Part shown: piece by piece, positions 63,301 to 64,000 of the stretch
Layout: the number at the start of each line of letters is the position of its first letter
Position numbering within the stretch: position 1 is the stretch's first letter
NCBI GenBank assembly: GCA_965649765.1
Contig: OZ287752.1
Location: forward strand, 33,728,001-33,792,000
Reading direction: 5' to 3'
Length of the DNA: 64,000 bases
Source: Bispira polyomma
Lineage: Eukaryota
Program-made: the position numbers and the translations under genes
Notes under the pieces: generated by a model
What the model saw: only the letters and a program-made list of their open reading frames with translations
The model's database searches: none
Told to the model about the DNA's origin: nothing

Positions 63301-63634
63301 CCTCCCAAAAAGATTTAATTCCTATGAACTAGGAGGATAACAGTAATACATATGGATCTATTATTCATTATGATATTGTTCTAGTACCTATTCACTGATT
63401 TATGGTGAGAGCGTGGCAGATGCTACTATTGAAATTGGTGGAACTGAAACTGCAGGTTATCATATGAATACTTACGATGGTTACAGCTATATGACAGTTG
63501 CCATGGTGATAGCTATTTGCAATCAAGACGAGCAAGTGCTGGTCAGATGTAATCGAAATGGATCCAGTTTATCAGGCAGACACAATGACCTCTGGACATC
63601 ATCGTTCAGTGGTGTTTTGCTGCAGCTGTTGTAG
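60356..63634 (+). CDS. Secreted C1q-domain-containing protein (signal peptide, coiled coil, gC1q), type A copy 2, intact, 204 aa; exons 60356-60409, 61242-61307, 61591-61662, 62552-62724, 63385-63634
   Basis: All introns are GT..AG with phases 0,0,0,2. Splices open to MRNIVILCGLVLTACRSE-ELQQSSLTVDDVQNIIQNHVSK-IDKELDSIKSTVGLLQKENLELKQ-QLNMAGQTAFTAFDDNDERDYMSGDLIQFPINRLDIGGNYNPEIGIYTCPVNGIYSLS-TYSLIYGESVADATIEIGG...LWTSSFSGVLLQLL*. Confidence 0.9.
60985..61152 (+). mobile_element. Small L2-type RT fragment in intron 1 of the intact C1qDC
   Basis: DPMPTVVL...IVNLLMETGQFPSCLKHALV. Confidence 0.6.
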
Positions 63635-64000
63635 GTTTTGGTAGTCACTATAAGCTGGTATAATCCAGGTGACTCATTGATAAATAAAAACATGACTTCT
63701 ACTACAGTGTGTTGTTTCATTCGTGCCCTAATAAATTGCAGTGTTGAAGATGGCAGAGTGCACTAGAGATGTTGGTATCTAAATGTTCTAGCGGTAACTA
63801 GGACAACTAGTTATATAATATTATTTTTTATGAGAATGCATACCATATACTCTATAATGTGTTCTCCTTACTATACACAGTTGGATTTACATTACTCTTG
63901 CACAGGTATAAGAAGGGTATAATGCATGACTTTTTGACCTAGTATGAAAATACTACGGTTACAACAACATTTAAGGGAAAGAGCAAAGGAGGGATTAACC

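Overview
AT-rich, repeat-dense eukaryotic genomic DNA, most likely from a lophotrochozoan such as a mollusc (inferred from the C1q-domain gene cluster and V-/Meta-type tRNA-SINEs). Host genes form a tandem, + strand cluster of 5-exon secreted C1q-domain-containing (C1qDC) genes with the layout signal peptide, short coiled coil, globular C1q. One copy is intact (60356-63634, 204 aa after manual splicing), two are frameshifted (9132-11477, 16238-22749), and one is a small relic (~45.8-46.15 kb). There is also a frameshifted last exon of a Thr-rich type-I membrane protein (~50.3-50.9 kb). The centre is a 17.7-kb minus-strand Ty3/Gypsy LTR retrotransposon with a PNMA-like Gag, arranged LTR-internal-LTR-internal-LTR. 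It has three 972-bp LTRs, a single TAAA target-site duplication, PBS and PPT, and a U_UUA_AAC -1 frameshift signal followed by a hairpin and a dual-coding 21-bp repeat. The rest is decayed TEs and tandem repeats: several L1/Tx1 LINEs (some nested), an L2 with a hydrophobic leader and a 2A-like GDVSVNPGP motif, a PHD-CR1, and Vingi, Harbinger, Tc1 and DIRS-type recombinase remnants, plus SINEs and MITEs. All calls come from reading and translating by eye; no database searches were run.
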